From Lysobacterales bacterium (GTDB lineage: Bacteria > Pseudomonadota > Gammaproteobacteria > Xanthomonadales > SZUA-5), in NCBI GenBank assembly GCA_022844165.1, contig JALHMH010000016.1, positions 1 to 64,000 of the forward strand: DNA of 64,000 nt. Reading direction: 5' to 3'. Made by a program: the position numbers and the translations under genes. Position 1 is the stretch's first letter, and each line of letters begins with the position of its first letter. Of this stretch, positions 28,263 to 38,566 are shown piece by piece. The notes below the pieces were generated by a model. The model saw only the letters and a program-made list of their open reading frames with translations, had not been told where the DNA came from and ran no database searches.

Positions 28263-29543
28263 TCATTCGTACTTTTGCTGGAATTTATCGCGTAGTCGCG
28301 TATGACGACTTGACAGGTCCACTGGCTCACCGTTTAAGTATGCGGCCGTCAACTGGCTGCGCACTTCCAGCGGATCGCCGTTGAAGACGACGAAGCTGGC
28401 GAGCTTTCCAGGCTCCAAAGAGCCCAGGCGATCGTCGACGCCAAGCAGTTGCGCCGGCGCCAGAGTGATGGCCGCCAATCCCTGTTCAAAGGTCAATCCG
28501 AATCCCACCGCGTGTCCGGCAGCGTGCGCGAGATTGCGCTCCAATGATGCGGCAAAGGTCGTGCCGTCCGAAGCGATTGCGAAGCGAATACCAGCCTGCG
28601 CCAGCTGCGCAGCGTTTCGATAATTCGCGTCGTAAGCCTCGTGCCGACGCAGTGGTAAACCAAAGGGGCCGTGCAGGATGACGCCAATGTCAGCCGCCTT
28701 GATTTCATCGCGCAACCGCCACGCATCTTGTGCGCCAACCAGTGTGATCTTGAGTTTGCGCTCGGCCGCGAAGTCGATTGCTTCGCGGATCTGCTTCAAA
28801 TCGACGGCGTGTACGAAGAGGCGTTGCCGGCCATCGAGCACTGCCAGCATTGCCTCCCAACGAGCATCGACACCCTCTAGTGTCCCGGCTCTCTTGGCGG
28901 CAGCGTAGGCGGCGGCGTCATCGAATGCGCGGTCGATCGCTTCTCGCGCAGCCGCCGAGCCTTTCAGTGCTTCGTCGCGCATCGGCGCTGGCAGCCACGG
29001 CGGCAAGCGGGTCGACGGCCACATCAGGTGCGTTCCGACCGGCGCCTGCACCGTCATCTGCTCCCAAGTCCAGCCGCTCAACTGCACGAGTGCCGAAGAG
29101 CCGCTGATCACACCGCCCTGGCCGACTTGCGGCACAACGTGTGCGTACAAAACGCCGTTCGCACGCGCGACTCCCCAATTCTCGCTATCTGCATTGATGG
29201 CGACCTCCGCGCGCGCATTAGGATTGACCGCACCGATCTCGGCAACGTCTACCGAACCGCGAACGGTCTCAATCTCACTCAACCCCATCACCGTGTTGGC
29301 TGTCATAAACGCTGGCGTCAGCCATTGGCCTTGCAAATCCACCACCGCCGCATCACCCGCTTGCGCCGCCAAATCGGTACCAACGGCTACGATCTTATCG
29401 CCATCGATCAACAGCTGGCCATTTTCAATGGCTGGCGAGGAGACCGGATGGATGCGCGCGTTGGTGAACAGCGTGGTGGCGGCGGCGGCGGGGCCAAAAA
29501 TGGCGAGCACGACGCAGATCGCCAAAAGCGGGGCACGAGACAT
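28263..29543 (-). CDS. Secreted amidohydrolase-family protein
   Basis: Imidazolonepropionase-like fold; ITLAPAQLLGVDDRLGSLEPGK.A. Alternative start at 29687. Confidence 0.85.
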   Translation of the reverse strand: MSRAPLLAICVVLAIFGPAAAATTLFTNARIHPVSSPAIENGQLLIDGDKIVAVGTDLAAQAGDAAVVDLQGQWLTPAFMTANTVMGLSEIETVRGSVDVAEIGAVNPNARAEVAINADSENWGVARANGVLYAHVVPQVGQGGVISGSSALVQLSGWTWEQMTVQAPVGTHLMWPSTRLPPWLPAPMRDEALKGSAAAREAIDRAFDDAAAYAAAKRAGTLEGVDARWEAMLAVLDGRQRLFVHAVDLKQIREAIDFAAERKLKITLVGAQDAWRLRDEIKAADIGVILHGPFGLPLRRHEAYDANYRNAAQLAQAGIRFAIASDGTTFAASLERNLAHAAGHAVGFGLTFEQGLAAITLAPAQLLGVDDRLGSLEPGKLASFVVFNGDPLEVRSQLTAAYLNGEPVDLSSRHTRLRDKFQQKYE

Positions 29544-29686
29544 GGAGACCGAGGCACCAGAGTTGCCTCGCCCGTTGGACCAAACCGCTGGTTCGCGCTC
29601 AGCAGGTTCGCACTTAGGCCTGCCCTGTGCCCCGTGCCCCGTGCAGGGCGCTTGCGCAATATCCAACGTTCTCGTCGAGCCGTTCA

Positions 29687-32600
29687 TCAGTGTGCCCCCT
29701 GGCAATAGTGCACCGCTTCGCCATCATGGTAAGCGCCACGACGCGCTTCCAACTGGCTCGACAGTACTTGGAACTGGCGCACATCAAGGCGCAGTCTGGG
29801 TTTGCCCGGCGGACCCTTGGGGCCCGGGCTCTTGTCGCCACCTTCGGCTAAAGCCAGTTGCAGCAATTGCGCGCGCGCGGTGTCGATGCGCAGCTGTTCG
29901 GCGCGATCGGCGTCCACATCGAAATAGCGACGGCCATCGATCCAAACCCGTTCAGGGCGGGCGTACGACGACAGCGGGTGGGCATTCCACAGCACGAGAT
30001 CGGCATGCATGCCTTCACGCACGCGACCGATTCGGTCGTCGACGCGCAGCTGTTTGGCCGGCCCTGTTGTCACCAGCGCCAGGGCCTGAGTTTCACTCAG
30101 ATTGCCGTACTTCACCGCTTTCGCCGCTTCGGTATTGAGACGGCGACCCAGATCGTTGCTGTCGGAATTGATACTCACAACAACGCCTTGGCGGACCATC
30201 ATGGCGGCGTTGTATGGAATGCCGTCGACAACCTCCATTTTAAAGCCCCACCAGTCGGAGAATGTCGAGGCACCGGCGCCGGTTTGTGCCAGCACATCAG
30301 CCACCTTGTAACCTTCCAGGACGTGCTGAAAGGCAGCGACGGGTAATCCCAGCGACTGCGACAAACGGGCATACATCAAGATCTCGTCCTGGCGATACGA
30401 GTGGATATGCACCAGACGCTCCTGGGCAAGAATTTCCGCCAATGCCTCCATCCGCAAATCACGCCGCTGCGGCGCACCGCGGACTTCCTGTGCTTTGGCA
30501 TAGGTGCGCGCCTGTGCGAACGCATCGAGCAGGATTTGCTCCACACCCATGCGGGTTTGCGGGTAACGGGTGCCGCCTGCAGCGCCCCAGTTGGATTGTT
30601 TGACGTTCTCGCCAAGCGCAAATTTGATCGTCGGCGTCCAACCCTCGAACTTTAGGCCCTGCGCGCCCGCGCCCCAGCGGTGTTTGATCAACTGGCTCTG
30701 GCCGCCGATCGGGTTGGCCGAACCATGCAGCACGTGACTGGTGGTCGTACCCCCAGCGAGTTCGCGGTAGATGTCGATGTCGGTCGGGTCGATGACATCC
30801 CCCAGTCGAACTTCGGAGGTGATCGCGTGGCTCGGCTCGTTGACGTTACCGCTGACGGCGATATGCGAGTGCGCATCGATCAATCCCGGCGTCAGATGTT
30901 TGCCAGTACCATCGATCTCGACCGCGCCCGCTGGCGCTTTGGCATTGGCCGCTACGGACACTATTTTTCCACCGCTCAACACCACATCGGTGTTGGTGGG
31001 TACATCGTCGGCCATCCACACCGTCGCACCGCGAATCACCACGGACTCGACATTCGGCAACGCGCTTCGCCCAAATTCGCCAGCAGGATACCGCGGCGCA
31101 ATCGAAATGCTGCGCGCTCCCAGCGCCTCATTCTTTTTGGTTTCGTCCTTCTTCTCGTCCGGCTTCTCCTCACTCGGCGCATCGCCCAGTCGCGCGGCGC
31201 TGAAGGCGCGAACGCGGCCATCGTCTTGCATGAATCGGCCCTGCAATACCGTTCCCGAGAGCGTGCCTTCCAGGGCGACTTCACCGGACTTGCCAAACAG
31301 CTTTCCGGGCAGCGTGAATGTCAGGCGGTCGTTACTGAATGTCCCCTTGCCGCTGTCTTCGCCGGCTTTGAGCGCCAGCGCCTCATCGCTACCGCTGACG
31401 ATCAACTCGGCCGGCCCTGGCGCGCCCAGCCAGGTGAGCTGCCAGCGGCCCGCGATTTTCGGCGCGTCAAGCGCCTTGGCGACATCGCGTTGACCGTCGA
31501 CAAACACCTCATAGACCGTCGCGCCTGGGTTGCTGAAGATGTCGCGATCGGCAATGAACAGATTGCCGATCGCACCGGCGCGAATCGCCCCGAGCCGGGA
31601 TTGCCCGATGAGTTCAGCGGGCACTGTCGTCAGCGCGCGCAGGGCATCGTCTTCGTCCAGACCTGCTTTGATGGTTTTGCGCAGCGCCGGCCAAAAGTCC
31701 TCGGGCTTTTTGAGTCCCGCGGTGGTCAATATGAAGCGCCGATTGTCCTTTGCGAGGCGCGCCGCATTGCTCGGCGCCAGGTGCCAATGCTCGAGCTCGG
31801 CGAGACTCACATCAAGCGCCGCTTCGGCATCGCGCGCATTCGGCGCATCCGGGAAGTTGAGCGGCGCGATCAGCGTCAGCGCACGCGGCAGTTGATCGAG
31901 AACCCGATATTCGGTGCCGACACCGAGCACCGCGACACGTTTCAGATCGAACTCGGCGGCGATGGCGCCAACGCGTGCGACGTCCAGTTCATCGTCGCCG
32001 CGAAATACCAGAGGTTGCTGTCCGGCAATCACCGCAGACAGCGCTTCGAGCGCCACATTGGCCTCGGCGCGTTCGCCGTTCTCTTTGGCGTTCCATGTTG
32101 CCAGGTCGGATTGCCAGCGCGCATCGATCAAGGCCTGGCGGATCAGCGCAATAGCGCCCATCTTCGACCCTGGATAGGCGCCACTGAAACTGAAGTCCGC
32201 TTCGAAAGAGGCATGTTGCGCGACACGCGCGGCGAGCAGACTGGCATTTGGATCAGCGCCGTCGCGCAAGCTCAACAGTGCGCTCTGTCCGCGCAAGACG
32301 CCAGCGCCCGGGGTCGCCAGCACCGCGCCAAAGCCCATGCGGCGCAACGTCTTGGCTTTATCGGCGTCCAGCGTCAGCGCCGTGCTGACATCGCGCTCGG
32401 CGCAGATCCGGTCGTTCCAGTGCCGGGCGCTCGGCGCGCTCGCCGGCGCGGCGCCGCCCATCATCGCCGCAAGAGGACCGCGACCGCGCGGTGCGGCGGG
32501 CGCTGAACTGCGACAGCTCGCGCTCGCGTCGATGCCATAATCACTGTGTGCATCGACAAACGCCGGAAACACCGACTTGCCGGCGGCATCGACCACGGTC

Positions 32601-32860
32601 GCGCCGGGCGCGTCGATACGGCCCGCGCGTACCGTGCGGATCACGCCGTCACGCAGTTCGATGCTGCCGTTTTCGATCACGCTGCCGGGCGCCGTTACCA
32701 CGCGGGCGTTAACGATCAATGTATGCCTGGGCGTGCGATCTTTCAGGCCTTGTTGTGGTGTGGTCGAGAGCTGCGCTGCGGCGGGCGCAGCGAGTGCGGC
32801 AAGCGCCGCACAGAAGACGAAGACCGCAGGTTTGGTGTTGCGGATAACAGGTTGCGACAT
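29687..32860 (-). CDS. Secreted double-domain amidohydrolase
   Basis: Two amidohydrolase domains (FVDAHS; PGLIDAHSH; LHGSANPIGG; KFALGENVK). Confidence 0.88.
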   Translation of the reverse strand: MSQPVIRNTKPAVFVFCAALAALAAPAAAQLSTTPQQGLKDRTPRHTLIVNARVVTAPGSVIENGSIELRDGVIRTVRAGRIDAPGATVVDAAGKSVFPAFVDAHSDYGIDASASCRSSAPAAPRGRGPLAAMMGGAAPASAPSARHWNDRICAERDVSTALTLDADKAKTLRRMGFGAVLATPGAGVLRGQSALLSLRDGADPNASLLAARVAQHASFEADFSFSGAYPGSKMGAIALIRQALIDARWQSDLATWNAKENGERAEANVALEALSAVIAGQQPLVFRGDDELDVARVGAIAAEFDLKRVAVLGVGTEYRVLDQLPRALTLIAPLNFPDAPNARDAEAALDVSLAELEHWHLAPSNAARLAKDNRRFILTTAGLKKPEDFWPALRKTIKAGLDEDDALRALTTVPAELIGQSRLGAIRAGAIGNLFIADRDIFSNPGATVYEVFVDGQRDVAKALDAPKIAGRWQLTWLGAPGPAELIVSGSDEALALKAGEDSGKGTFSNDRLTFTLPGKLFGKSGEVALEGTLSGTVLQGRFMQDDGRVRAFSAARLGDAPSEEKPDEKKDETKKNEALGARSISIAPRYPAGEFGRSALPNVESVVIRGATVWMADDVPTNTDVVLSGGKIVSVAANAKAPAGAVEIDGTGKHLTPGLIDAHSHIAVSGNVNEPSHAITSEVRLGDVIDPTDIDIYRELAGGTTTSHVLHGSANPIGGQSQLIKHRWGAGAQGLKFEGWTPTIKFALGENVKQSNWGAAGGTRYPQTRMGVEQILLDAFAQARTYAKAQEVRGAPQRRDLRMEALAEILAQERLVHIHSYRQDEILMYARLSQSLGLPVAAFQHVLEGYKVADVLAQTGAGASTFSDWWGFKMEVVDGIPYNAAMMVRQGVVVSINSDSNDLGRRLNTEAAKAVKYGNLSETQALALVTTGPAKQLRVDDRIGRVREGMHADLVLWNAHPLSSYARPERVWIDGRRYFDVDADRAEQLRIDTARAQLLQLALAEGGDKSPGPKGPPGKPRLRLDVRQFQVLSSQLEARRGAYHDGEAVHYCQGAH

Positions 32861-33067
32861 CGGAGCCTCTCGCCAATTCGAGCGCGCGAAGCTTAGTGGG
32901 CCGGAGCGCAGGTTGCCAGCGGTTTGACAGGACAAGTGCTGAAAGGCATGGACAAGCAACTGAGGAACACTCGCCCCGGCGGGTTAGTGTTGGCGTCGGC
33001 TTCCGGTATGTTCACGTCTGATTGGATCCACAGTATGGCCAGGACCGCCCAACTGCGCCGTCTCACC

Positions 33068-33724
33068 TCAAAGCAGCGCGTCCATCCAGGTCGTCAAATC
33101 CCGGACTTCGTCGCCGCACACCGAATGTGGCATCGGGTAGCTCTTCCAGGTCATGCCATTGCCCTTCGCCGCGATCCAGTCGCGGCTCATCAGCCCCAAG
33201 GCCTCTGGCACCACCGGATCGAAGCGACCGTGGCCCATGAAGATGGGCACTGCGTAACTCTCCGGCGCCGCCTCTTGTTCGTGCAAATGATGCAGCGGCA
33301 GATAGGTCGAAAGCGCGATGATGCCCCGCAGCGGCGTGCGCTGGCGCAGCCCACAGGCCAGCGCAATGGCGCCGCCCTGGGAGAACCCGGCAAGAAATAT
33401 CTTCGATGGCGCAATGCCGCGTTCGCCCTCGCGGGCGATGAGCGCGTTGACGATACCGATCGACTGCCGGACGCCGACCTCATCCTGACGCGCGGCGATG
33501 TCCGCACCAGCAATGTCGTACCAGCCGCGCATCCGCATGCCGCCATTGACGGTAATCGGACGGACTGGCGCATTGGGAAATACGAAGCGCAACGCCGGCC
33601 AGTCCGGGCGCACCAACTCCGGCACAATCGGCTCGAAGTCGTGTGCATCGGCCCCGAGGCCGTGTAGCCAGATAACACTGAATTGCGGCGACGGGCGAGT
33701 TTCGAGTTCGATGGTATCGGTCAT
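33068..33724 (-). CDS. Carboxylesterase/phospholipase
   Basis: WLHGLGAD; GFSQGG; HG.FDPVVP; MPHSVC. Confidence 0.92.
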   Translation of the reverse strand: MTDTIELETRPSPQFSVIWLHGLGADAHDFEPIVPELVRPDWPALRFVFPNAPVRPITVNGGMRMRGWYDIAGADIAARQDEVGVRQSIGIVNALIAREGERGIAPSKIFLAGFSQGGAIALACGLRQRTPLRGIIALSTYLPLHHLHEQEAAPESYAVPIFMGHGRFDPVVPEALGLMSRDWIAAKGNGMTWKSYPMPHSVCGDEVRDLTTWMDALL

Positions 33725-33834
33725 GGTCGAGGGGCGGTGATCGAGTGAGCAACTACTATACGCACGCCTCGCCGGGAACCTTTTGCATCCCGCTAGACTC
33801 CACGCCCGGTTGATTCACGTTGTCAGGGACTCCC

Positions 33835-35904
33835 ATGCGGCTCTGGATGTTGTTTTTGCTGTTGCCCACCTTGGCGAATGCCCTGGATGAGACGGATTTG
33901 CTGCCGGTCGACGAGGCCTTTGCGATCAGCGCCTCGGCGCCGGGCACCGATCGTATCGAGGTGCGGTTTCAAATTGCCGACGGGTACTATCTTTACCGAC
34001 ATCGCCTTGGCGTGGCCATCGATGGCGCAACATTGGCGCCGTTTGAGGTGCCTGACGGCGAACGCAAGACCGACGAGTTTTTTGGCGATGTGGAAACCTA
34101 TCGGCAGTCGCTGACGCTGACCCAGGCGCTGCCGACGCTGGCCTCGCCTGTGAATGTGATGTTGAGCTATCAGGGCTGCGCGGATGTCGGCGTTTGTTAT
34201 CCACCGCAGCGCAAACAACTTTCAGTAGCGCTGCCGATCGCAACGGCGCCTGGATTGAGTTTTAGTGCACCGCCGGGCTTGAATCTCGGTACGACCGGTA
34301 CAGTTCAGGACGCGCTGCCCGAGGATCAGGCATTTCGTTTTGAGGCGATCGCGCAGGGCGCCGACGCGGTCCTGGTGCGTTTTGTGGTCGCCCCCGGTTA
34401 CTACCTCTATCGCGACAAAACGCGTTTTAGTGCAAACACCGGGTTTACGCCACAGGCACCGCTATGGCCCGCCGCAAAAACCCACCACGACGAGCACTTT
34501 GGGCAAGTGCAGGTGTACTTCGACCCCGTTGACGTGCCGATCGGAATCGAGCGCAGTAATACAGCGGCCGGCACGCTCAACCTGAGCGCCGAGTACCAGG
34601 GCTGCAAGTTGAACGGCATTTGTTATCCCGTCATGTCGCGGACCGTCGCCGTGGCGATGCCCGCCGGACAGGGCGCGCCGGCGCTGGACGCCGCGCCGAA
34701 CGCTGCCTCGCTCACGCTGTTCAGCGCACTGCTGTTTGCGCTGATCGGCGGCTTGATCTTGAACCTGATGCCGTGCGTCTTGCCGATACTCTCGCTCAAG
34801 GCGATGGGCCTGGCAGAGAGTGGTCACGGCCCCGATTACGCGAGGCGCCATGCGCTTTGGTACACCACTGGCGTTCTGGTCTCGTTTGCCGTCGTCGGGA
34901 TGGTGTTGATCGCTGTGCGCGCAGGCGGAACCGCGCTCGGATGGGGATTTCAGTTGCAGCAACCCCTCCTCGTGGGTGCATTGGTCTACGTGATGCTGGC
35001 GATCGGATTGTCGCTATCAGGGGTTTTTCAAATCGGCGCAAGTTTGAGCGGCGTCGGCCAATCGTTGACGGAGTCCAACGACGCACGCGGTTCGTTTTTC
35101 ACAGGCGTCCTGGCCTGTGTTGTTGCCAGCCCTTGTACCGCGCCATTCATGGGCGGCGCGCTCGCGTTCGCTGTCGCTCAGCCGGCCTGGATAGCGCTGC
35201 TCGTGTTCCTGGCACTGGGCCTTGGCCTTGCACTGCCCTTCCTGGCCATCGGTTTTGTGCCAGGCCTTGCGGCCAGATTGCCGCGTCCAGGCGCCTGGAT
35301 GGAAACCTTCAAACAAGCGATGGCATTCCCCATGTACCTCACGGCGGTCTGGTTGCTTTGGGTGCTCGGACATCAAGTGGGCATGGACGGCGCCGGACTG
35401 GTGCTGGTCGGCGGTGTGGTATTGGCGATGGCGGCCTGGTGGTGGGAGCGGCAACGTTTTGCCGGCGCCATCAAGCGGTGGCTGCCAACGATTGCGCTAC
35501 TGGCGCTCGCCGCCTTGCCACTGGGCATGGCAAGCGATGCGCGCAAGCCGCAGGATAGCGCCGCGGACGCCTACAGCCGGGCGCGACTCGATGCGTTGGT
35601 CGCAGACCGGCAACCGGTGTTCGTCAACATGACCGCCGACTGGTGCGCCACCTGCAAAGTCAACGAAAAACTGGTGTTGTCGCGCACTTCGGTGCAAACG
35701 TTGTTACAGGCACGCGGTTTTACCTATTTGAAGGGCGATTGGACCAACCCGGACCCGGCAATCAGCGCATTTCTCGCCGAACACCGCGCGGTCGGCGTGC
35801 CGCTGTATGTGGTCTACGATCGCAGCGGCAGATCTCAAGTCTTGCCAACCGTGTTGACCGAGTCGATCGTTCGTGAGGCGCTGGAACGCGCGTCGGCATT
35901 ATGA
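33835..35904 (+). CDS. dsbD: Thiol:disulfide interchange protein DsbD
   Basis: Two N-terminal domains (QGCADVGVCYPP; QGCKLNGICYP), TM core (MPCVLP; PCTAP), Trx WCATC. Confidence 0.93.
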   Translation: MRLWMLFLLLPTLANALDETDLLPVDEAFAISASAPGTDRIEVRFQIADGYYLYRHRLGVAIDGATLAPFEVPDGERKTDEFFGDVETYRQSLTLTQALPTLASPVNVMLSYQGCADVGVCYPPQRKQLSVALPIATAPGLSFSAPPGLNLGTTGTVQDALPEDQAFRFEAIAQGADAVLVRFVVAPGYYLYRDKTRFSANTGFTPQAPLWPAAKTHHDEHFGQVQVYFDPVDVPIGIERSNTAAGTLNLSAEYQGCKLNGICYPVMSRTVAVAMPAGQGAPALDAAPNAASLTLFSALLFALIGGLILNLMPCVLPILSLKAMGLAESGHGPDYARRHALWYTTGVLVSFAVVGMVLIAVRAGGTALGWGFQLQQPLLVGALVYVMLAIGLSLSGVFQIGASLSGVGQSLTESNDARGSFFTGVLACVVASPCTAPFMGGALAFAVAQPAWIALLVFLALGLGLALPFLAIGFVPGLAARLPRPGAWMETFKQAMAFPMYLTAVWLLWVLGHQVGMDGAGLVLVGGVVLAMAAWWWERQRFAGAIKRWLPTIALLALAALPLGMASDARKPQDSAADAYSRARLDALVADRQPVFVNMTADWCATCKVNEKLVLSRTSVQTLLQARGFTYLKGDWTNPDPAISAFLAEHRAVGVPLYVVYDRSGRSQVLPTVLTESIVREALERASAL

Positions 35905-36434
35905 AGTGGCTGGCGAATCTGGGCATCGTCGTTTTTGCGATCGCGGCCGGCATCGGCGGCTTGTACGCCGGCCGGTTATGGTCGCAATGGGCGCCTTCCA
36001 CTGCGCTGCAGATCGGCGCGCCGATCATCGATTTTGCGATGCCCGATGTTCAGGGAGAATTACTCGATACCCGACACTTTCGGGGTCGCGTTCTGGTGAT
36101 CAACTTTTGGGCTCCATGGTGCGAACCCTGCACACGTGAGATCCCAATGTTCAAGCGCCTTCGCGAAGAGTTTGCCGGACGCGTCGAGTTTTTGGGCGTT
36201 TCGCTCGACGATCCAGTCGCTGTTCGCGAGTTTGCGCAAACACACGATCTGGACTATCCGCTGGTGATGGCGGCCATGGGCGATTTTGCGCTGATGCGCG
36301 CCTACGGCAACGAGCGCGACGCCTTGCCGTTCACGATCATCGTCGACAGCGCCGGGCGCCTCGTCGGCAGGCGCCTGGGAGAGATCCACGAGACCGAACT
36401 TCGCAGCATGCTCGGTGCGGCGCTCGCCGGATGA
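35901..36434 (+). CDS. TlpA-family disulfide reductase
   Basis: INFWAPWCEPC..EIP; N-terminal TM. Confidence 0.9.
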   Translation: MKWLANLGIVVFAIAAGIGGLYAGRLWSQWAPSTALQIGAPIIDFAMPDVQGELLDTRHFRGRVLVINFWAPWCEPCTREIPMFKRLREEFAGRVEFLGVSLDDPVAVREFAQTHDLDYPLVMAAMGDFALMRAYGNERDALPFTIIVDSAGRLVGRRLGEIHETELRSMLGAALAG

Positions 36435-37238
36435 TCAGCCGCCAGCCAGCTCTCGACCTCGCCGGGTTGCAGCCTCGATCGCGCTGGCCGTCAACGCCGC
36501 AAAACCGCCGTCGAGAAAGGTCTTCAACGCAGCTGCTGTCGTGCCTCCCGGCGACGTCACGCGTTCGCGCAATAGCGCAGGCGATGCTTCGCCGTTGTGC
36601 GCCATACGCGCCGCACCGAGTGCGGTATTAAGCACTAAGGTACCGGCAACGTCGGCGGGCAATCCTTGAGCAATGGCGGCGTCGATCATGGCCTCCATCA
36701 GCAAGAAAAAATAGGCGGGTCCCGAACCGGAGACCGCAGTCACCGCATCCATCAGCGCTTCGTCGTCGACCCAGGCTACTGCACCGGCGCTGGCGAACAA
36801 AGCCGTGGTGCGCTCGCGCTCGAGCAAAGAAACATCGTCGCCTGCGTTGAGGCCCGTCACGCCGGCTCCGATCAACGCTGGCGTATTTGGCATCGCGCGC
36901 ACAACCCGCGCTTGCGGCAGCGCCGCCTGGATTCGGCCGCGGGTGACACCCGCAGCGATCGAAATCACCAGCGGCTCGCTCTGCCCAGCCAGTGGTGCCA
37001 GTTCACGCAACACCGAATCCATGACTTGCGGTTTAACCGCAAGCACCCAGGTTGCGCCCGTGGCGGCGGCATCGGTGTTGCTGGCGAACGCGCGGCATCC
37101 AAAATCGCGCTCCAGCGCAGTGCGCGCGTTCGCAAAGGGCTCGGACACGGCGATTTGCGTCGCCGGCGTCCCGCTGGAGATGAGCCCGCCAATCAGACAA
37201 CGGGCCATATTTCCGCCGCCGATAAAGACGGTACTCAT
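36435..37238 (-). CDS. proC: Pyrroline-5-carboxylate reductase
   Basis: FIGGGNMA; AVKPQ; RAMPNTP; SGSGPAY; VTSPGGTT. Confidence 0.96.
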   Translation of the reverse strand: MSTVFIGGGNMARCLIGGLISSGTPATQIAVSEPFANARTALERDFGCRAFASNTDAAATGATWVLAVKPQVMDSVLRELAPLAGQSEPLVISIAAGVTRGRIQAALPQARVVRAMPNTPALIGAGVTGLNAGDDVSLLERERTTALFASAGAVAWVDDEALMDAVTAVSGSGPAYFFLLMEAMIDAAIAQGLPADVAGTLVLNTALGAARMAHNGEASPALLRERVTSPGGTTAAALKTFLDGGFAALTASAIEAATRRGRELAGG

Positions 37239-37642
37239 ACGCCGGGTCTTCGATAATCCGCGTAAGACTTCTCCTCCACCAACACCGAGCCCAGGCGTGC
37301 ATTCAACTCGCGCTTCAGGCGCGCCCGTTCGTCGTTGGTGAAATACACCGCACGCGCCAGTTCGATGAACACCAGATCGAATTCGCCTTTGGCTTCTTTG
37401 AGGCGAATGTCGTCCTCGATGTCCCACAGTTTGCCGTTGATCTCCCGCAGGCCTTGCCAGAGATCGTCGATCGCCGCCGCTCGCGACGCCGGATGCGCTC
37501 GCCATGTCGCACAAAGCGCTTCGAGTTCCCTGGTCACATTCGCGCGCTTGTCAACATCGCCGATGCGTTCGGCTTTGATTTCCAGAATGCTGATCTTATC
37601 GATCAGCTCGCCATAGGACACAGGGGCCAGAAGTTCAGTCAT
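37235..37642 (-). CDS. DUF6165-like protein
   Basis: PVSYGELIDKISILEIK...LWDIEDDIR...VY.TNDERA...EEKSY. Confidence 0.8.
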   Translation of the reverse strand: MTELLAPVSYGELIDKISILEIKAERIGDVDKRANVTRELEALCATWRAHPASRAAAIDDLWQGLREINGKLWDIEDDIRLKEAKGEFDLVFIELARAVYFTNDERARLKRELNARLGSVLVEEKSYADYRRPGV

Positions 37643-37826
37643 GAGGATCAGCGCGGCGTTGGGTGAACGGAATATAGAGGTTCCGACCGGTTTGATCGCA
37701 GACTGCATCGCATGATGCGCGCAATCAGAATCGCAGCGTGAACAACCGACCCGGCACTTTGCCGGACGTGATTTCGCAGGCACTACGGCATGGGGATCGG
37801 GCAGCAGGTTTGGTCGATCTTCCGAT

Positions 37827-38507
37827 TTATGGCGCAGCGGCATCGGCGTCTGCGTTCGATCTGCGCGCTGCCACACGGGACGCCGATGCAGATGAGACGA
37901 CGCGGCGGAAGGTCAGGTTGATGCGCTCGCCGGCGTTGCGCACTTTGTCGATGGCGTGCAGGTAGTTTTGCTGTGTGGCGCCTTGCATCAACAGCAGACT
38001 ACCGTGCTTGAGGTCTACGAAGGCGCGTGCTGAGCCGTCCCGGGCCTTCATTTTGAAACGCCGCGTGGTGCCCAGACTAATCGATGCAATCACCGGACGG
38101 GGTCCGAGCTCTGGTTCATCGTCGCTGTGCCAACCCATACTGTCGCGACCGTCACGGTAGTAGTTCACCAGCACGCTGTTGAATGCAGCACCGATCTCGG
38201 CGTTGAGACGGTTGCGCAGATCCGATAGCAGCGGCGTCCAAGGCATCGGCGTGTAGCGCACGCGGGAGTAGCAGTACACTGCCTCGGGATCGCCGATCCA
38301 GGCCGACAGTCGCGGCGCTTTCAGCTCCCGGCCGAACATTCTGACGACGTGCTGCTCAAACGGCACTTCACGGCGCAGCCTGGCCAGTGCGGTGTCGGCT
38401 TCGTTGCGACTGAGCCAGTTAGCCCAGTAAGAGATCTGAGCGTTGGCGAGCGCAATGTCGGACTTCGACCCGGCATCTGTCGATCTGATGTCGCGAGGGA
38501 AAGACAT
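37827..38507 (-). CDS. AlkB-family 2OG-Fe(II) dioxygenase
   Basis: FNSVLVNYYRDGRDSMGWHSDDE; HAI.K; RINLTFR. Confidence 0.92.
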   Translation of the reverse strand: MSFPRDIRSTDAGSKSDIALANAQISYWANWLSRNEADTALARLRREVPFEQHVVRMFGRELKAPRLSAWIGDPEAVYCYSRVRYTPMPWTPLLSDLRNRLNAEIGAAFNSVLVNYYRDGRDSMGWHSDDEPELGPRPVIASISLGTTRRFKMKARDGSARAFVDLKHGSLLLMQGATQQNYLHAIDKVRNAGERINLTFRRVVSSASASRVAARRSNADADAAAP

Positions 38508-38566
38508 GATGACGTCAGAACGTGGCGCAAATCTTCGATTGGATCGAAACAACGGATGGATAGCGG

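Noticed and set aside
30680-32506. Long antisense ORFs (also 14686-15786, 10390-11442, 40941-41897, 48655-49659)
   Set aside because: Shadow frames of well-supported genes in high-GC DNA.
33835-34660. Duplicated DsbD N-terminal domain as a novelty
   Set aside because: An architecture I recall from other Xanthomonadales; listed as a feature only.
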